A stretch of 64,000 nucleotides of DNA from Antechinus flavipes. Taxonomy: Eukaryota. The position numbers were made by a program, and so were the translations under genes. Within the stretch, counting starts at the first letter, position 1. The number at the start of each line of letters is the position of its first letter. The notes beneath the pieces were generated by a model that saw only the letters and a list, made by a program, of their open reading frames with translations, was not told where the DNA came from and ran no database searches. The DNA is taken from NCBI RefSeq assembly GCF_016432865.1, contig NC_067401.1, positions 450,802,001 to 450,866,000 on the forward strand. The letters are read 5' to 3'. Positions 23,460 through 36,900 of the stretch are shown here, in pieces.

Positions 23460-26270
23460 ATGAATGTAATTAAAGATACATTTAGATAACTGGGGAAATC
23501 TTAATTGTTCATGATTAGGCAGAGCCAATATAATAAAAATGACAATTGCACCTAAACTAATGTACTTATTCAATGCCATCCAAAGTAAACTACAAAAAAA
23601 TTATTATATTGAGCTAGAAACAAATAGTATAATTCATTTGGAAGAACAAAAGTTCAACAATATTAAGGGAACTGTTGAAAAATATAAAAGAAGATTTAAT
23701 AGTACTAGCTCTTAAATTATTTCTAAGAAGTAATTATCAAAATTAACTAGTATTGGCTAAGAAATAGAAGGATAGATCAATGGAATAGAACAGACATATA
23801 ATTTACAGCAGCAAACAAATATAGTAATCTTGTATTTAACCAGTGTAGAAACTTAAGATTTTGGGATAAGAATTCATTATTTGATTAAAAAAAATTGTTG
23901 GAAAAACTGGAAATCAGTCTGGAAGAAACAGGATATAGATCAATATCTTACCATTTACCAAGATAAATTCAAAAAGCGTTTGTGATGTTGATGTAATGGG
24001 AGGTAGCACAGGGAGACTAGAAGAACATGGAACATATTACGTATCAGACTTATGAGTAGGAGAAAAACTTATGAATAAAAAAGAGATAAAGAATATTGTG
24101 AAATGTCAAGGAGATAATTTTAGTTTTATTAAATTAAAAAAAGATTTTGTACAAATAAAACCATTGTAGCCAAGATTAGGAGTGCAGAAAATTGAGAAAA
24201 AAATATAGATTTTTTGGATAAAGGACTCGCATCTCAAATATATGGAAAACTTCATAAAATTTATAAGAATACCAGTCATTGTCCAATTGATAAGTGATCA
24301 AAGGATATGAGCGGGCAGTTTTTTGATGAAGAAATCAAAACTACATTCAGTCAAATGCATTGTTAGTGGAGTTGTGAAATGATACAGCCATTCTGGAGAG
24401 CAATCTGGAATTAAGCCCCAAGGACTATAAAACTGTGCATACCCTTTGACCCAGCAGTACTATCACTGGGTCTTTATCCCAAGGAAATCATAAAGGCGAG
24501 AAAAGGACCCACACGTGCAAAAATGTTTGTAGCCACTCTATTTGTGGTAGCAAAGAATTAGAAAATTAGTAGATGCCCATCAGTTGGGGAGTGGCTGAAC
24601 AAATTGTGATATATGAAAGTAATGGAACATTATTGTTCTATAAAAATGATGGACAAGCTGATTTTAGAAAGGCCTGGAAAGATTTACATGAACTGATGGT
24701 GAAGAAAACAAGCAGAACCAGTAATACATTGTACATGGTAACAGCAAGAGTATGTGATGATCAACTATGAAAGGTTTGGCTCTTCTCAGTGGTTCAGTGA
24801 TCCAAGGGAATCCCAATAAACTTTGGGGAAAAAATGCCATTTGCATCCAGAAAAAGAACTAAGGAGACTGGATATAAATCAATAGATGTGATGATGTTCA
24901 CTTCTTTTTTCTGTTTTTTTTTTTTTAATCTCTCCTATGGTTTTTCACTTTTGCTCTGATTATTCTCTCCCAACATGATTCATAAAGCAAAATGTGTTAA
25001 AATAAATAAAAAATAAAACTACACATAGTCATATGAAAAAATGCTGTAAGACATTATTGATTAGAAAAATGCAAAATAAAGCAACTTTGGGATATCATCT
25101 CATGCCATTAGATGCCATCAGATTGGCTAAAATGGTAGAAAAAAATGACAAATGTTGGAAAGACATGGAAAAAGTGGGACATTAATACATTGTTGGCAGA
25201 ACTATGAAGTGATTCAACAATTTTTAGAGAGCAATCTGGAATTCTGCCTAAAAGGTTATAAAAGTACAAATGCCCTTTGACCCAACACACCACTATTAAG
25301 TCTGTTGCCCAAATTTATCAGGGAAAACCTTCATGTTCTAAAATATTGATTACAACTCTCTTTCTGGTGGCAAAGAATTGGAAATTGAAGAAATTCCCAT
25401 CATTTGGGGAATGGCAATTGTGATGCAATACTACTATGCTATAAGAAATGATGAATTGGTTGAGATTAAGGGAAAAAAAAAACATGGAAAAGTTTACATA
25501 AAATAACGAAAAATGAAGCAAGTAGAACCAAGAGAATGTTGTATAAAGGCCAACTTCTTAAACAGTGGGACCCCATATAAGCTCTTGTAACTCAATGTGA
25601 AGGTCACAAAACTATGATTTACTATTTGTAAATGTTTAATTCACATACCTATGCTTTTACACCTATACACCCAGGTTCTCTTAAAAATTTCTTGGGCATA
25701 AACGAGTTGTGAGCGGAAAAAGCTTAAGAAACCTGGTATACAGTTACAGCAATATTATTCAAAGAATAATTGTGAAGACCCAAATTATTCTGAATACAAC
25801 AAATACTCAAATCAACTATTAAAAAATCTATGAAGGAAGATGACATCCACTCCAGAGAAAGAAATGACAAATAGAAGTATCATAGTATGATTTTACATAT
25901 ATTTACAAATCTGTATCAAGTGGTAATCTTCCCTACTGTGGGTTAGGAAGGAAGGGGAGGAGAAAGTTTGGAACTTAAAATGTACAAAAAAATCAGAAAA
26001 AAGAATTGTTAGAAAAGAAAATATTACTGAAAGGATGTAGAACAAAGCAACAGTGATCCTAGGGACAAGAAAATGAAACATATCCCTTTCCTTTGAGTAG
26101 CAGACTTTTAGGGCAGAATGTTATATATATTATAAAATGAGGTTACTGCTTTAGTTGTTTTCACTTGATTATATTATTTTATTACAAGAATGTATTCAGT
26201 GGAGTGAAGAAAGAATATTTTTTTCATAAACAGCTATGATATAATAACAAAAATCCCATAAAACTTTTCT
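23460..26270 (+). mobile_element. Old L1 ORF2 C-terminus + 3'UTR hosting a younger L1
   Basis: 'agagccaatataataaaaatgacaatt...ttcaatgccatcc' encodes the RANIIKMT...FNAIP region, continuing to the 3'UTR after 25015. Confidence 0.85.
24358..25014 (+). mobile_element. 5'-truncated younger L1 nested in older L1
   Basis: Degenerate TSD 'aaaactacattcagtcaaatg' (24337-24357) / 'aaaactacacatagtcatatg' (25015-25035), with an A-rich tail before the second copy. Confidence 0.8.
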
Positions 26271-26949
26271 TTCTTGTCCTCTTTTTATTGTTCCATTTCT
26301 TCTCCTTCACTCCTTCCTCCTCCTCCTTCTTGTCATTTTTCTTCTCTCCTCCTTGTATCTTGTGTCTTTAGGTCAGAAAAGATAGGCCTGACTTTAAATT
26401 TTGCCTCTGACATTATAATGTGTGATTTTGATAAAGTCATCTAATTTTTCAGTGTCCTCTATGATGTTCAAAGATTGTTAACTTTACAAGAGTTGCAAAA
26501 TAGCATCTGAGGAAGGAATCTTCAAAACACATTGATTAGATACCAGGTTCATATCTCCTCAGTCATGAGGGACTTTTTGACTGTCATGTAACTCTGTTGA
26601 CTCATACTGATAATGAGGTTCAGATTAATGCCCCCTCTCTCCTCACAAAGTGGTGGCAAACACTTGGCCAGGGTGCTGTACACATTGTCAGAGGTGGTCT
26701 CTGTACGTTTTACTCTAATCAATGCTATTTCAATAGAAACTCACTTTATTCTCTCAGGATTTATTGTTTACCCTCAATGTCTCTCATCCTTTCCTACTAT
26801 AGTTGATTTATTTGGATACGGGCATAGGACATTCTAAAGATATTGAAAAATTCCATTTTATACTCCTTCTAACGTCCCTACAGCTTGCTAAGATAGTCTT
26901 ATCTCTGTAGAGATATTCTTGTATCATCTTACAGAATCTAAGAGCTTCT

Positions 26950-27240
26950 CTTCCTATATTTAAGTCATCTATATATTTGAACAACTTTCCATCTCAGAAT
27001 TTATCCAAACCATTACTAAAAATGCTGAAGAGAGGAGAAAGAAGGGCAGGGTCCTAGGACAAGTTATTTGACACATCCATCAAGGATGATACTGATCCTT
27101 CATCAATAATGATATTTAGCAAGGTCTGAATCTACACCCATTTCTCCCTTTTGTCAACAAGGACCTTTGTCTATAAAATACATTATTAAACATCTTGCAG
27201 AAATTTAGGTATAACATGTCCTTCTTCTAATCTGCCTTTA
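26950..27240 (-). mobile_element. CR1/L3 reverse-transcriptase region fragment
   Basis: 'tttatccaaaccattactaaaaatgctgaa...agggcagggtcctaggac' and 'gcagaaatttaggtataacatgtcc' are antisense to the CR1 'GSVLGP.LF.IFINDL' and 'DIVYLDF' regions. Confidence 0.6.
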
Positions 27241-27934
27241 GCAAGTGGAGAAATAAGGAAAAGATAAAGAAAAAATATAAAATGAAGCTTTCAGTAAATG
27301 AGGAGTCCAGGACCAAAGGACTTTGTACATCCAGATGTTTCCTATTAACCAAGTGTGCAGTATAAAGCAAACCCACTGAGGTGAGAGTTATTTAGGGGGT
27401 ATAGATGATGAGATAATATAAAGATAGAGGAGAAATCAGATGAACCATCTATGGCAATAAGAAAATAACAGTAATAACTCATGTTGCTATAACATCTTAA
27501 GGTTTGCTAAATGTTCTTTTAATGAAAGTAGGCCAGCATCCCAGAAACTATAGAAAAATAAATAAATATTTAATAATATATCAATATTATATTATATATT
27601 ACATATATAATAAAAATAAATAAATGTAAAAATAATAAAGAAAAAAGTCTTCCATTTGTAGTGATCAATAGAGATTATACAAAGGAAAGGTAGAGACAAA
27701 GAATCGTATCCTTGCTGGCTGTCCCTAGCAAGATATGATGTCACATGGCTAGAGTTATACATGGAAATAGCAGCCAGCAATTTTGAGTGCTTTAATGTTC
27801 GTAAAATGTTTATAAATTTTTTAAAATTAACTTCTGTGATCAGAATTAAGATGGCAAAATAAAGGAAGCATCCAAGCTCTTCCAACATTTCCTTTCAAAG
27901 AACTTTAAAATAATACCTCAAATCAAATTCAATT

Positions 27935-28690
27935 CAAAGTTCATTAGAACTGATCATTGTATAGTCTTGTTGTGCCCGTATACAATGATCTCCTGGTTCT
28001 GCTCATTTCACTTAGTATCAGTTCATGAGAGTCTCCCCAAGCCTTTCTGAAATCCTCCTGCTGATCATTTCTTACAGAACAATAATATTCCATGACATTC
28101 ATATACCACAACTTATTCATTCTCCCACTGATGGGCATCCACTCAGTTTCCAGTTTTTGGCCACTACAAAAAGGGCTGCCACAAACATTCTTGCACATGT
28201 GGGGGTCCCTTTCCCTCCTTTAATATCTTTTTGACATATAATACCAGTAGAAACACTTCTGGGTCAAAAGATATACACAGTTTGATAACTTTTTGAGCAT
28301 AGTTCCAAATTGCTCTCCAGAATGGTTGGATTCATTCACAGCTCCACCAACAATGTATCAGTGTCCCAATTTTCCCACATCCCTTCCAACATTCATCATT
28401 ATGTTTTCTTGTTATTTTAGCCAATCTGAGAGGTATGTAGTGGTATCTCAGAGTTGTTGTAATTTGCATTTCTCTGATCAATAGTGATTTGGAGCACCTT
28501 TTCATGTAATAAGAAATAATTTCAATTTCTTTACCTGAAAATTGTTGGTTCATATCTTTTGACCATTGCGGAATGGCTTGAATTCTTATAAATCTAAGTC
28601 AATTCTCTATATATTTCAGAAATGAGGCCTTTATCAGAATCTTTGAATGTAAAAATGTTTTCCCAGTTTATTGCTTCCCTTCTAATCTTG
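27935..28690 (-). mobile_element. L1 ORF2 C-terminal fragment without tail or TSD
   Basis: ORFs 27944-28198 and 28332-28553 ('IREMQITTTLRYHY', 'GTLIHCWWSC') are the ORF2p cysteine-rich domain. Confidence 0.9.
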
Positions 28691-29890
28691 ATACAATAAA
28701 ATTATAAAATGACAGTTAACAGCTTAGTAAAAGAGGCACAACAAAACTGAAGAAAATAAGACTCTAAAAATACAATTAGCCAAATAGTAAAAACGGTATA
28801 AAACTTCATTTAAATAATTGGCTGAATGGGAAAAGATGTAAAAAAGATCACTAAAGAAAATAATTTAAAAAAAACCTACAATTGGGCAAATGGAAGCTAA
28901 TGACCATGAAACATGAAGAAACAATTTTAAAGAATGAATGAAAAAAATGAAATATTTCTGTGGAAAAGCAAGTGACCTGGAAAATAGATCAGTGAGAGAG
29001 AGTTTAAAAATTATTGGATTCCATGAAAGCTATGATCAAAGCAAGAGCCTAGGCATCATATTTCAAGAAACTATGAAGGAACCTTTTATTTTAGGTTCAG
29101 AAGGCAAGATAGAAATTGAATGAATCCACTTATGACTTCCTGAAAGAATTACCAAATCAAGACTCTCAGGAATTAATAATACCTAAGTTGCCAGTTAAAG
29201 AGAAATTATGTCCAACAGTCAGAAAAAAAAACATTCAAATGTGATGGAATCACAGTCAAGATGACACACAATTTAGTAGCTAACATGTTAAAGGAGCAAA
29301 GGGTTTAGAATATGGAGCCAGGATTATAAATAGACATTTCAACAAAATAGAGGACTTTCAAGCATTCCTTATTTTAAAAAAAATGGCTGAATAGAAAATT
29401 TTACTTTCAAATACAAGACTCAATGGAAATATAAAAAGATAAACATGAAAGCAAAATCATACTGACTCAATAAAGTTAAAATGTGTACATTTCTATATGA
29501 AAAGATGATACATATAAGTCCTAAAATGTCATCATTATTAGGGCAGTTAGAAGGACTTTACATAGAGTGCACAGAAGTGAGTCAATTTAGTAGAAATCAT
29601 CTTTAAAAAGGATGGGTGAGAAAGAAGCAGGCATTGGGAGAAGGGAAAGGGAGAGGACAAATGAGAAAATCTTACAGAAAAAAAGAAGTATACAAAGAAG
29701 AGCTTTTATAATGGAAGAGAAAAGGAGAGGAGATTGGAAATGCTCAAATTTCACTCTCTTGTGAATTGGTTCAAAGTAAGAATATGTGTATACATATATG
29801 TATACATACATACACATATACACATACTCACTTGGGAATAGAAATCTGTCTTAACTAACAAAGAAGTAAGATGAAGAAGATAAAATAAAA

Positions 29891-29894
29891 GTGC

Positions 29895-29970
<76 letters not shown>
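29891..29970. repeat. Compound (GT)n(GA)n microsatellite
   Basis: Directly visible within the L1 inter-ORF spacer. Confidence 0.95.
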
Positions 29971-29974
<4 letters not shown>

Positions 29975-30541
29975 AGGCAGCAGGGAATATTAAAGGAGAC
30001 AGTAGTCAGAAGCAAAATAGACCTTTGAGGAGTAACAGGGTAAAAGAGAGACAGAAATGTAAGCAAAAGAAAAATAAGATAGAGAAAAATGCAGTGAATA
30101 ATTATAAATGAATATTATGGGATGAATTCCTCCATTAGATAGAAGCGGATAACAGAATGAATTAGAAACAAGAATCCAACAATGTGTTGTTTATAAGGAA
30201 TACATTTGAAACAGAGAGATACACACACACACAGGGTTAAAATTAAGGACAGGAGCAGTACCTGTTATGCTTCAGCTGAAGTTGAAAAATACAGGGTAGC
30301 AATTATGACTTCAGACAAAACATAAGCAAAAATAGACCTAATTAGAGATAAAAAACATCTTGCTAAAAGGCTCCACAGACAATGAAACAATATCAATACT
30401 AAGTATAAATTCAACAAATGGCATAGTACCTAAATAATTACTTTTTTATTAAAGCTTTTTATTTACAAAGCATATGCATTGGTAATCCAGCATTGACTCT
30501 TGCATAGCCTTTTGTTCCAAATTTTCCTCTCCTTCCCCCAC

Positions 30542-31087
30542 TGTGGTGATCTTCTTCCCAAATGCAGCCAGGTGATAAAAGTTCAGATCTTTTATTATCT
30601 CCAATATAGCCCGGTTAGCTTAGAGGTCTATCTCTCTCTGCTTGGTTCCAAGAGCTCCCTCCGAATGTCTCCAAATCCAAAGGTTTTGTCCTTCAGCCTC
30701 TGCCTCTGCCTCTGCTTTCTTCAGCCTCCAGCCAGCTCCACTCTTCATGTCATTCCGGTGAAATCTCGACTTGTAGCTTCTTCACTCTGAAGAACTTCTT
30801 TGACTGGCCCATTGAAGCTCTATTTATGCTCCTTCAAGAGAGGGATTGTGGGTTTTCTCCCATAGTGCTCTCTGGCCCAAAGAGCTTCAAGGGAGGTGTG
30901 AACTCATAAAGGTACAAAGTTTACTTTGTGAAACTCCCATACTTGTGAACTCCAATGAGTAAAGGTGTAAACACAAGCCTTGTATTAATTAGTCCTACTT
31001 AGTACCTTGTTTCAGGTTCTGCCCAAAACATCTTCTTGTAAGATTAGATCAACTCTAATTAGTTAGCAGTTAGTAAGGATTCCAACA
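30542..31087 (-). mobile_element. ERV solo LTR, 546 bp, 6-bp TSD
   Basis: TG...CA termini. TSD CCCCAC at 30536-30541 and 31088-31093. Minus-strand AATAAA (~30590) and TATA-like 'cataaatag' (~30815). L1 3'UTR continues on both sides. Confidence 0.9.
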
Positions 31088-31774
31088 CCCCACACCTTCC
31101 CCTAACTAGCAGATAGTCCAATACATGTGAAATATGTTGAAATACATGTTAGATCCAATACACATTTCTACAATTATCTTGTTGCACAAGAAAAATTAGA
31201 TGAAGAAGGAAAAAAACTGGGAAGGAAAATAAAATCCAAGCAAATAACAACAGAAAGAGTAAGAATGCCATGTTGTGTTCCACATTCAATTCCCACTGTT
31301 CTTTCTCTGGGTGCAGATGGTTCTCTTCATCACTGCACAAGTGGAACTGGTTTGAATCATCTCAATGTTGAAGAGAGCCACATCTGTCAGAATTGATCAT
31401 TGTATAGTCTTGTTCTTGCCGTGTACAATGATTTCCTGGTTCTGCTCATTTTACTTAGAATAAGTTCCTGCAAGTCTCTCCAGGCTGCCCTGAAACCATC
31501 CTGCTGGTCATTATTTACAGAACAATAATATTCCATATTATTCATATACCATAACTTATCCAGCCATTCTCCAACGGATGGCATCCACTCAGTTTCCAGT
31601 TTCTAGCCACTACACAAAGGGCTGCCACAGACATTTGTGTACATGTGGGTCCCTTTCCCTTCTATAAGAGCTGTTGGGGATATAAGCCCAGTAGAAATAC
31701 TCCTGGGTCAAAGGATATGCACAGTTAAATAACTTTTTGAGCATAGTGACAAACTGCTCTCCATGGCTGGATAC

Positions 31775-32133
31775 TGTAATGCTCAAGCTAGCTTTTTGGA
31801 GGTCCCCTGAAAGGGTCTTGGTCTCAGCAGGATGGACAAGAATAGAGTCCAAAGTCTTTATTGTCTTTTACCCAGTCTGTATCTGTCACATTCTGATCCA
31901 ATCTGATCTGACAATCTGCTAGTCTGCCAGTCTTAACCAGTCTCCCCCAATCTCAGTCTGAGTCTGCTTTTGTCTCCAGTTTAAATACCCTATTAGAATT
32001 ACATCAACTATAGAACTATTATATCACCATGCTAAGTATTTAGGATATGTAAACTAGAGAAGCATTATTTCATCAATTCCACTGAGTTAACATCTTGTTT
32101 CAAGTATACTTCTCCAAAGTTCTGCCCTCTACA
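31775..32133 (-). mobile_element. ERV solo LTR, ~359 bp
   Basis: TG...CA termini interrupt continuous L1 sequence. Minus-strand AATAAA and TATTTAAA. The last 10 bp (gccctctaca) are identical to the LTR at 41273-41831. TSD not recognisable. Confidence 0.8.
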
Positions 32134-35100
32134 CCATCCTTTCACAGTTTCACCAACAATGTATTTGTGTCCCAGTTTTCCCACATCCCCTCCAACATTC
32201 ATCATTATCTTTTCCTGTCATCTTAGCCAATCAGAGAGGTGTGTAGTGGTATCTCAGAGTTGTCTAAATTTGCATTTCTCTGATCAATGGTGACTTAGAG
32301 CACGTTTTCATAGGACTAAAAATGGTTTCAATTTCTTCATCTGAAAATTATCAATTCATATCCTTTGACCATTTATCAATTGGAGAATGGCTTGAACTAT
32401 TATAAATTTGAGTCAATTCTCTATATATTTTAGAAATGAGGCCTTTATCAGATCCTTTGGATGTAAAAATGTTTCCCAGTTTGTTGCTTCCCTTCTAAAT
32501 GTGTCTACATTAGTTTTGTTTGTACAAAAGCTCTTTAACTTAATTTAATCAAAACTTTCTATTTTATGATCAATAATGGTCTCTAGTTCTTCTTTGTTCA
32601 CAAATTCCTTCTTCCTCCACAGATATGAGAGGTAAACTATCCTATATTCTTCTAATTTATAATCTCATTCTTTATGTCTAGATCATGAACCCATTTCAAC
32701 TTTATCTTGGTATATGGTGTTAGGTGTGGGTCTATGCCTACTTTCTGACATATTAGTTTCCAATTTTCCCAGTAGTTTTTGTCAAATAGTGAATTCTTAT
32801 CCCAAAAGCTGGAGCCTTTGGGTTTCTCAAACACTAGATTGCTATAGTCATTAACTATTTTGTCCTGTAAACCTAACCTATTCCACTGATCAACTAGTCT
32901 ATTTCTCAGCCAGTACCAAATGGTTCTGGTGACCACTGCTTTATAATATAGTTTTAGATCTGGCACAGCAAGGCCACCTTCATTGGCTTTTCTTTTCATT
33001 AATTACTTTGAAATTCTTGACCTTTTGTTCTTTTAGATGGTTTGGATGCAGCTACTCTAGGTCAATGCTGATTCACTCTGGGTGCGTGTGGCCAGGTCCC
33101 AAAATTCTGGCTTTTTGGGGGTCACTATTTATCTTTTGTGTTTGTGTTGGGTGTTGTATAACTTCTCTGCTTCTCTTCTGCCTTGCAACAGGGCAGAGTG
33201 GCCAACACTGCTGTAGATTCCTGCAGATTCCTCCCCCTAGATTCTCTGCCACAGAGAGTTTTCACAGGCTGGCTAGCAGATTTTGCGCTTTCTGCATTGG
33301 AGTTTGTACTCAGCTGCTTGTGCTTTGCTGCCTCCCTCCAATTTCCAATTAAAATAGATCTTTTCTGGTGATCTTCAGAATTATCTTTTGCTAATAATTT
33401 GTTGCACTTCCAATAGTTGTGGGTTCTGCTTGTCCAGAGCTAATTCAGGGGTTGGATTTTGTAATTAGCGTGAGGATTGTAGAGAAGGTCAGAGAGAAAT
33501 GTGTGTCATCTCTGCCATCTTGGCTCCACCCCCCAGAAGTCATAGTGCCTAAATTATTAAAGGAAAAGTTAAATGTGTTAAATAGGAAGAAGTAGTAAAA
33601 CCCCCCTCTCAGAGATAGATAAATCTAAGCATAAAAAACATGAAGTTAAAGATATGAAAAGAATTTTAGAAAAGTTATACATGATAGCCCTCTGGGGGGG
33701 AAAAAAAAAGAAGGGAAATGGAAAGGAGTAGACTATACCTTTTTTTTTTTCAGCTGTATATGGCACCTTCATATAAAACAAAAAAATCTTCACTGAAAAA
33801 TTTATTAAAGCAGGAATAGTGAATATAGTTTTTTATGCCATAATGCTCATAAAAATTACATTAAAATGCCTTTGGAATAACAGATTAAGCATTATTTGGA
33901 AACTAAATATTCTAATCCTACAAAATAAGTAGGCCAAAGAGAAAGTCATGGAAATAATCAGTAATTTCATTCAAGAGAATGACAATTTTGAGACAACTTA
34001 TTCAATTTTATTGAGAGCAATTTATATTTTGAAATGTATGCAACAATAATACACAAAATTGGAAATACTAAAAATCCAAGGAGGGAAAAATAAAATTGAA
34101 AGTAAAATAGTTTTTGAAGTAACAAAACTATAGCTGATTTTGTGAAGAAAATTAAGATAGATAAATTATTAGTTAATTTGATTTTTAAAAAGAATGAAAA
34201 CAATTAAATTGCAAGTATCACAGATGAAAAGGGTGAATGCACCACAAATGAAAACAAAATTAAAATAATGATTAGGGAGTTATCTTGCTCAATTATATGC
34301 CAGTAAAAGTGATGATTTAATTAAAATGTATGATTGTTTACAAAAACAGAAAATTCTTATATTAACAAAAGGGAAAATAGAATAATTAAGTAACCTTATT
34401 TAAGAAAAAGAAATTGAATATGACATAAACAGTTCCCTAAGAAAAAGGACCCAGGGTTAAACGGATTTACAAAGAAATTCTATCAAACAGTTAAACAATT
34501 AACTCTAATACTATATATCTTATTTCAAAAAATAGTTGAAGAAATAATCTTTCCAAACTTCTTTTATGTCCCAAATATGATTTAGATACATAAACCAAGG
34601 ACAGCTAAAACAGGGAAAGAAAACTATAGGTCAATTTCCCTAATGCATATAGATGCAAAATTTTTACATAAAATGCAATCATGGAGATCACTTCAATATA
34701 TTACAGAGGTCATGTACTATGATCAGCTGGAATTTGTACCAGCAATGCAGGGGTCATTCAGTATTAGGAAAACCATAAGCATAACTGATCAAATTTAAAA
34801 AAAAAACAATGAGATGCAGAAAAAGCCCTTTGACAAAATATGAAGTGCTTTAAAAAATACTAGAAAGTATGGGCATATATAGACCTTTCTTAAAATAAGT
34901 AGTAATAGGGATAAACTAAAAATTCTCCTAATAATATTGGGAGGGAGCAAGAATGCTCATTATTTCCAAAATTATCCAATATTTTACTAGTAATACTAGC
35001 TGAAGCAATAAGACAAGAAAAAAAAAAAGAAATCAAAGCAAAAAAAAATTAGATATCAAGGAAACAAAATAGATGAAGAAATAATCTGTTTGCAGATAAT

Positions 35101-36079
35101 ATGTTGGTATACTTAAAGATTCCTAGAGAATCAATTAGAAAATTAGTTAAAACAATCAACAACTTTTGCAAAATTTTGAGATATAAAATAAAATCACTTA
35201 AATCATCAGCATTTCTATATTTTCCAACAAAACCCAGTAGCAAGAGATAGAAAGAGAAATTCCATTTAAATTAACTACAGATAATATAAGATACTTGAAC
35301 TCCATTGGCTAAAATAATTCAGGGACTGTATGAACACAATTTCAAAACAGTTTTCACATAAAGCAAGACAGACCTAAACAATTGATAGTAATATTAATTT
35401 CTCATGGGTAGGTCAAAGCACAAAAATGACAATTCTACTAAAATTTCTTGGATTATTCAATGTTTTATCATTCAAAGCACCAAAGAATTATTTTGTAGAG
35501 CTTCAAAAAATAACAAACTTTAACTGAAATAACAAAATTTTTCCAAAATTCCAAAATGTTTTCCCCTTGACTCCGAATTCACTGGCTTTCTTGTTATTTC
35601 AGTTGTTTAGCTCTCCCTTTATTTCTGTGAAAATTGTGCTTTGTAATTATGTGCATATAGTCCCTAAACTGTTTTAGTAATAAACCCATCCAATTTAGTG
35701 CATAAATTTTACATTTTCCTTTCAAATGTGCCTTAGAAACTGGGAAAAAAAACCAAAACACTGAATCATATTGGAAAGGACATTGATTTCAATCAGAGGT
35801 CCTGGGTTCCAGTCTCTGTTCTTCCTTAACTATATGATCTTTATAAGATATATGAGATTTCTTATTTTCTTGGAAGCTCCATTTTCCTCCTGTAAGTGTT
35901 TAATAAATGCTTATTGAGTGACTCATCTTAAATAAAGTAATGGGGTTAGATGGTTTTGAAGATCTCTTCCAGCTCTAAACCCAGTGATCATTCAGTTCAG
36001 TCCAGACCATAAAATAACATTGACTATTATGGACTGATAACAGGATACTGTCCCACTGACTTGACCTGGGGTTCTTACT

Positions 36080-36900
36080 AGCCAAACCTGATGAAAAAGA
36101 AGACAATCAATGCAGCAAAGATAGGGCAAAAGGGATTTTAAAAACATATTCTGTGCTAATTGCTAGGAATCCAAATAAATACAAAAAGATTGTCTCTGCC
36201 CTTAAGAAGCTAACATTCTAATGGAGAAAGACAACACAGAAAAAGGGAGTTGCAAAACAAGTTCAAGACTAGAAGGTACCCACCAGAGGCCCTGATATAT
36301 AAATCCAGAGAATCAGAAGCAGAGCTGGGAGGGGAATGAAGGGTAGCCAGTCCTGGCCCCTCACTAAAACCAAGATCATGAGAAGCTGTTGTCAGTGGGA
36401 TAAATGGGCATTATATCTTCACATTCTAGTTCTAGAGGGAAAAGATCCCAAGGGTTGAGAAAAATACAAAGCTATGAAGTAAAAAGTTGGAAATTGGCCA
36501 GAAATTGACCCAAAAAGAGAATAAAAGATGGAAAGCCTGAAAACAAAGTAGTGACTACTATCAATTATGCAATCATTAATCTCCACATCCACAGTGGAAA
36601 AAAGGAAGCATTTATAAACTCCTACTTTGTGTCACTATAAGTAAGGCATTGTGGGAAACAAAGGCAAAAGGACCCTCTCCATGCAAAGAGCTTATATTTT
36701 ATTGGGGGCATAAAATACGAAGAACCAAGAACATTCCAAATTGGATGGGAACAAAGAGCCCAGGAAAGCAGGGGTTATTGAAAGATCAGGAATAAGGAAA
36801 GACTTCCTAGAAGAAGTGGCACATGAATGAGCTTGGAAGAAGCTATGGATTTGAAGGATGCATGTTAGAAAGAAGAAGAATTTAGGCTTGCGTGGCAAGT
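36080..36900 (-). mobile_element. Degraded L2 fragments
   Basis: 'tctgcccttaagaagctaacattctaatggaga' and 'ggaaagacttcctagaagaagtggcacatgaatgagcttggaag' are typical antisense L2. Confidence 0.6.

Larger units (their letters stand above)
30441..33540 (-). mobile_element. Internally deleted L1 (5'UTR joined to ORF2 3' third) with ~19-bp TSD
   Basis: TSD 'catagtacctaaataatta' (30422-30440) / 'catagtgcctaaattatta' (33541-33559). 5' end 'gacttctggggggtggagccaagatggc' on minus. ORF 32652-32999 is ORF2p ('GGLAVPDLKLYYKA...WYWLRNR'). Poly-T at 30441. Confidence 0.85.
27825..35520 (+). mobile_element. Old near-full-length L1 (5' end, ORF1, spacer, ORF2 EN-RT) carrying nested insertions
   Basis: 5' end 'aagatggcaaaata' at ~27848. 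ORF1 'DLENRSVRESLKIIG...EGKIEIE' (ORF 28938-29123). EN start at ~30100. ORF2 resumes at 33541 and runs through the RT ('tttgcagataat' FADD-like near 35090). Confidence 0.85.

Noticed and set aside
31860-31975. Short degenerate CAGTCT/AATCTG repeats as an array
   Set aside because: Irregular simple repeats internal to an LTR, with no repeat-spacer structure.
33037-33041. Canonical spliced-L1 (SpIRE) junction
   Set aside because: The expected ORF2 sequence upstream of the breakpoint is recalled as '...aaatt', not AG, so splicing is unsupported pending alignment to the consensus.
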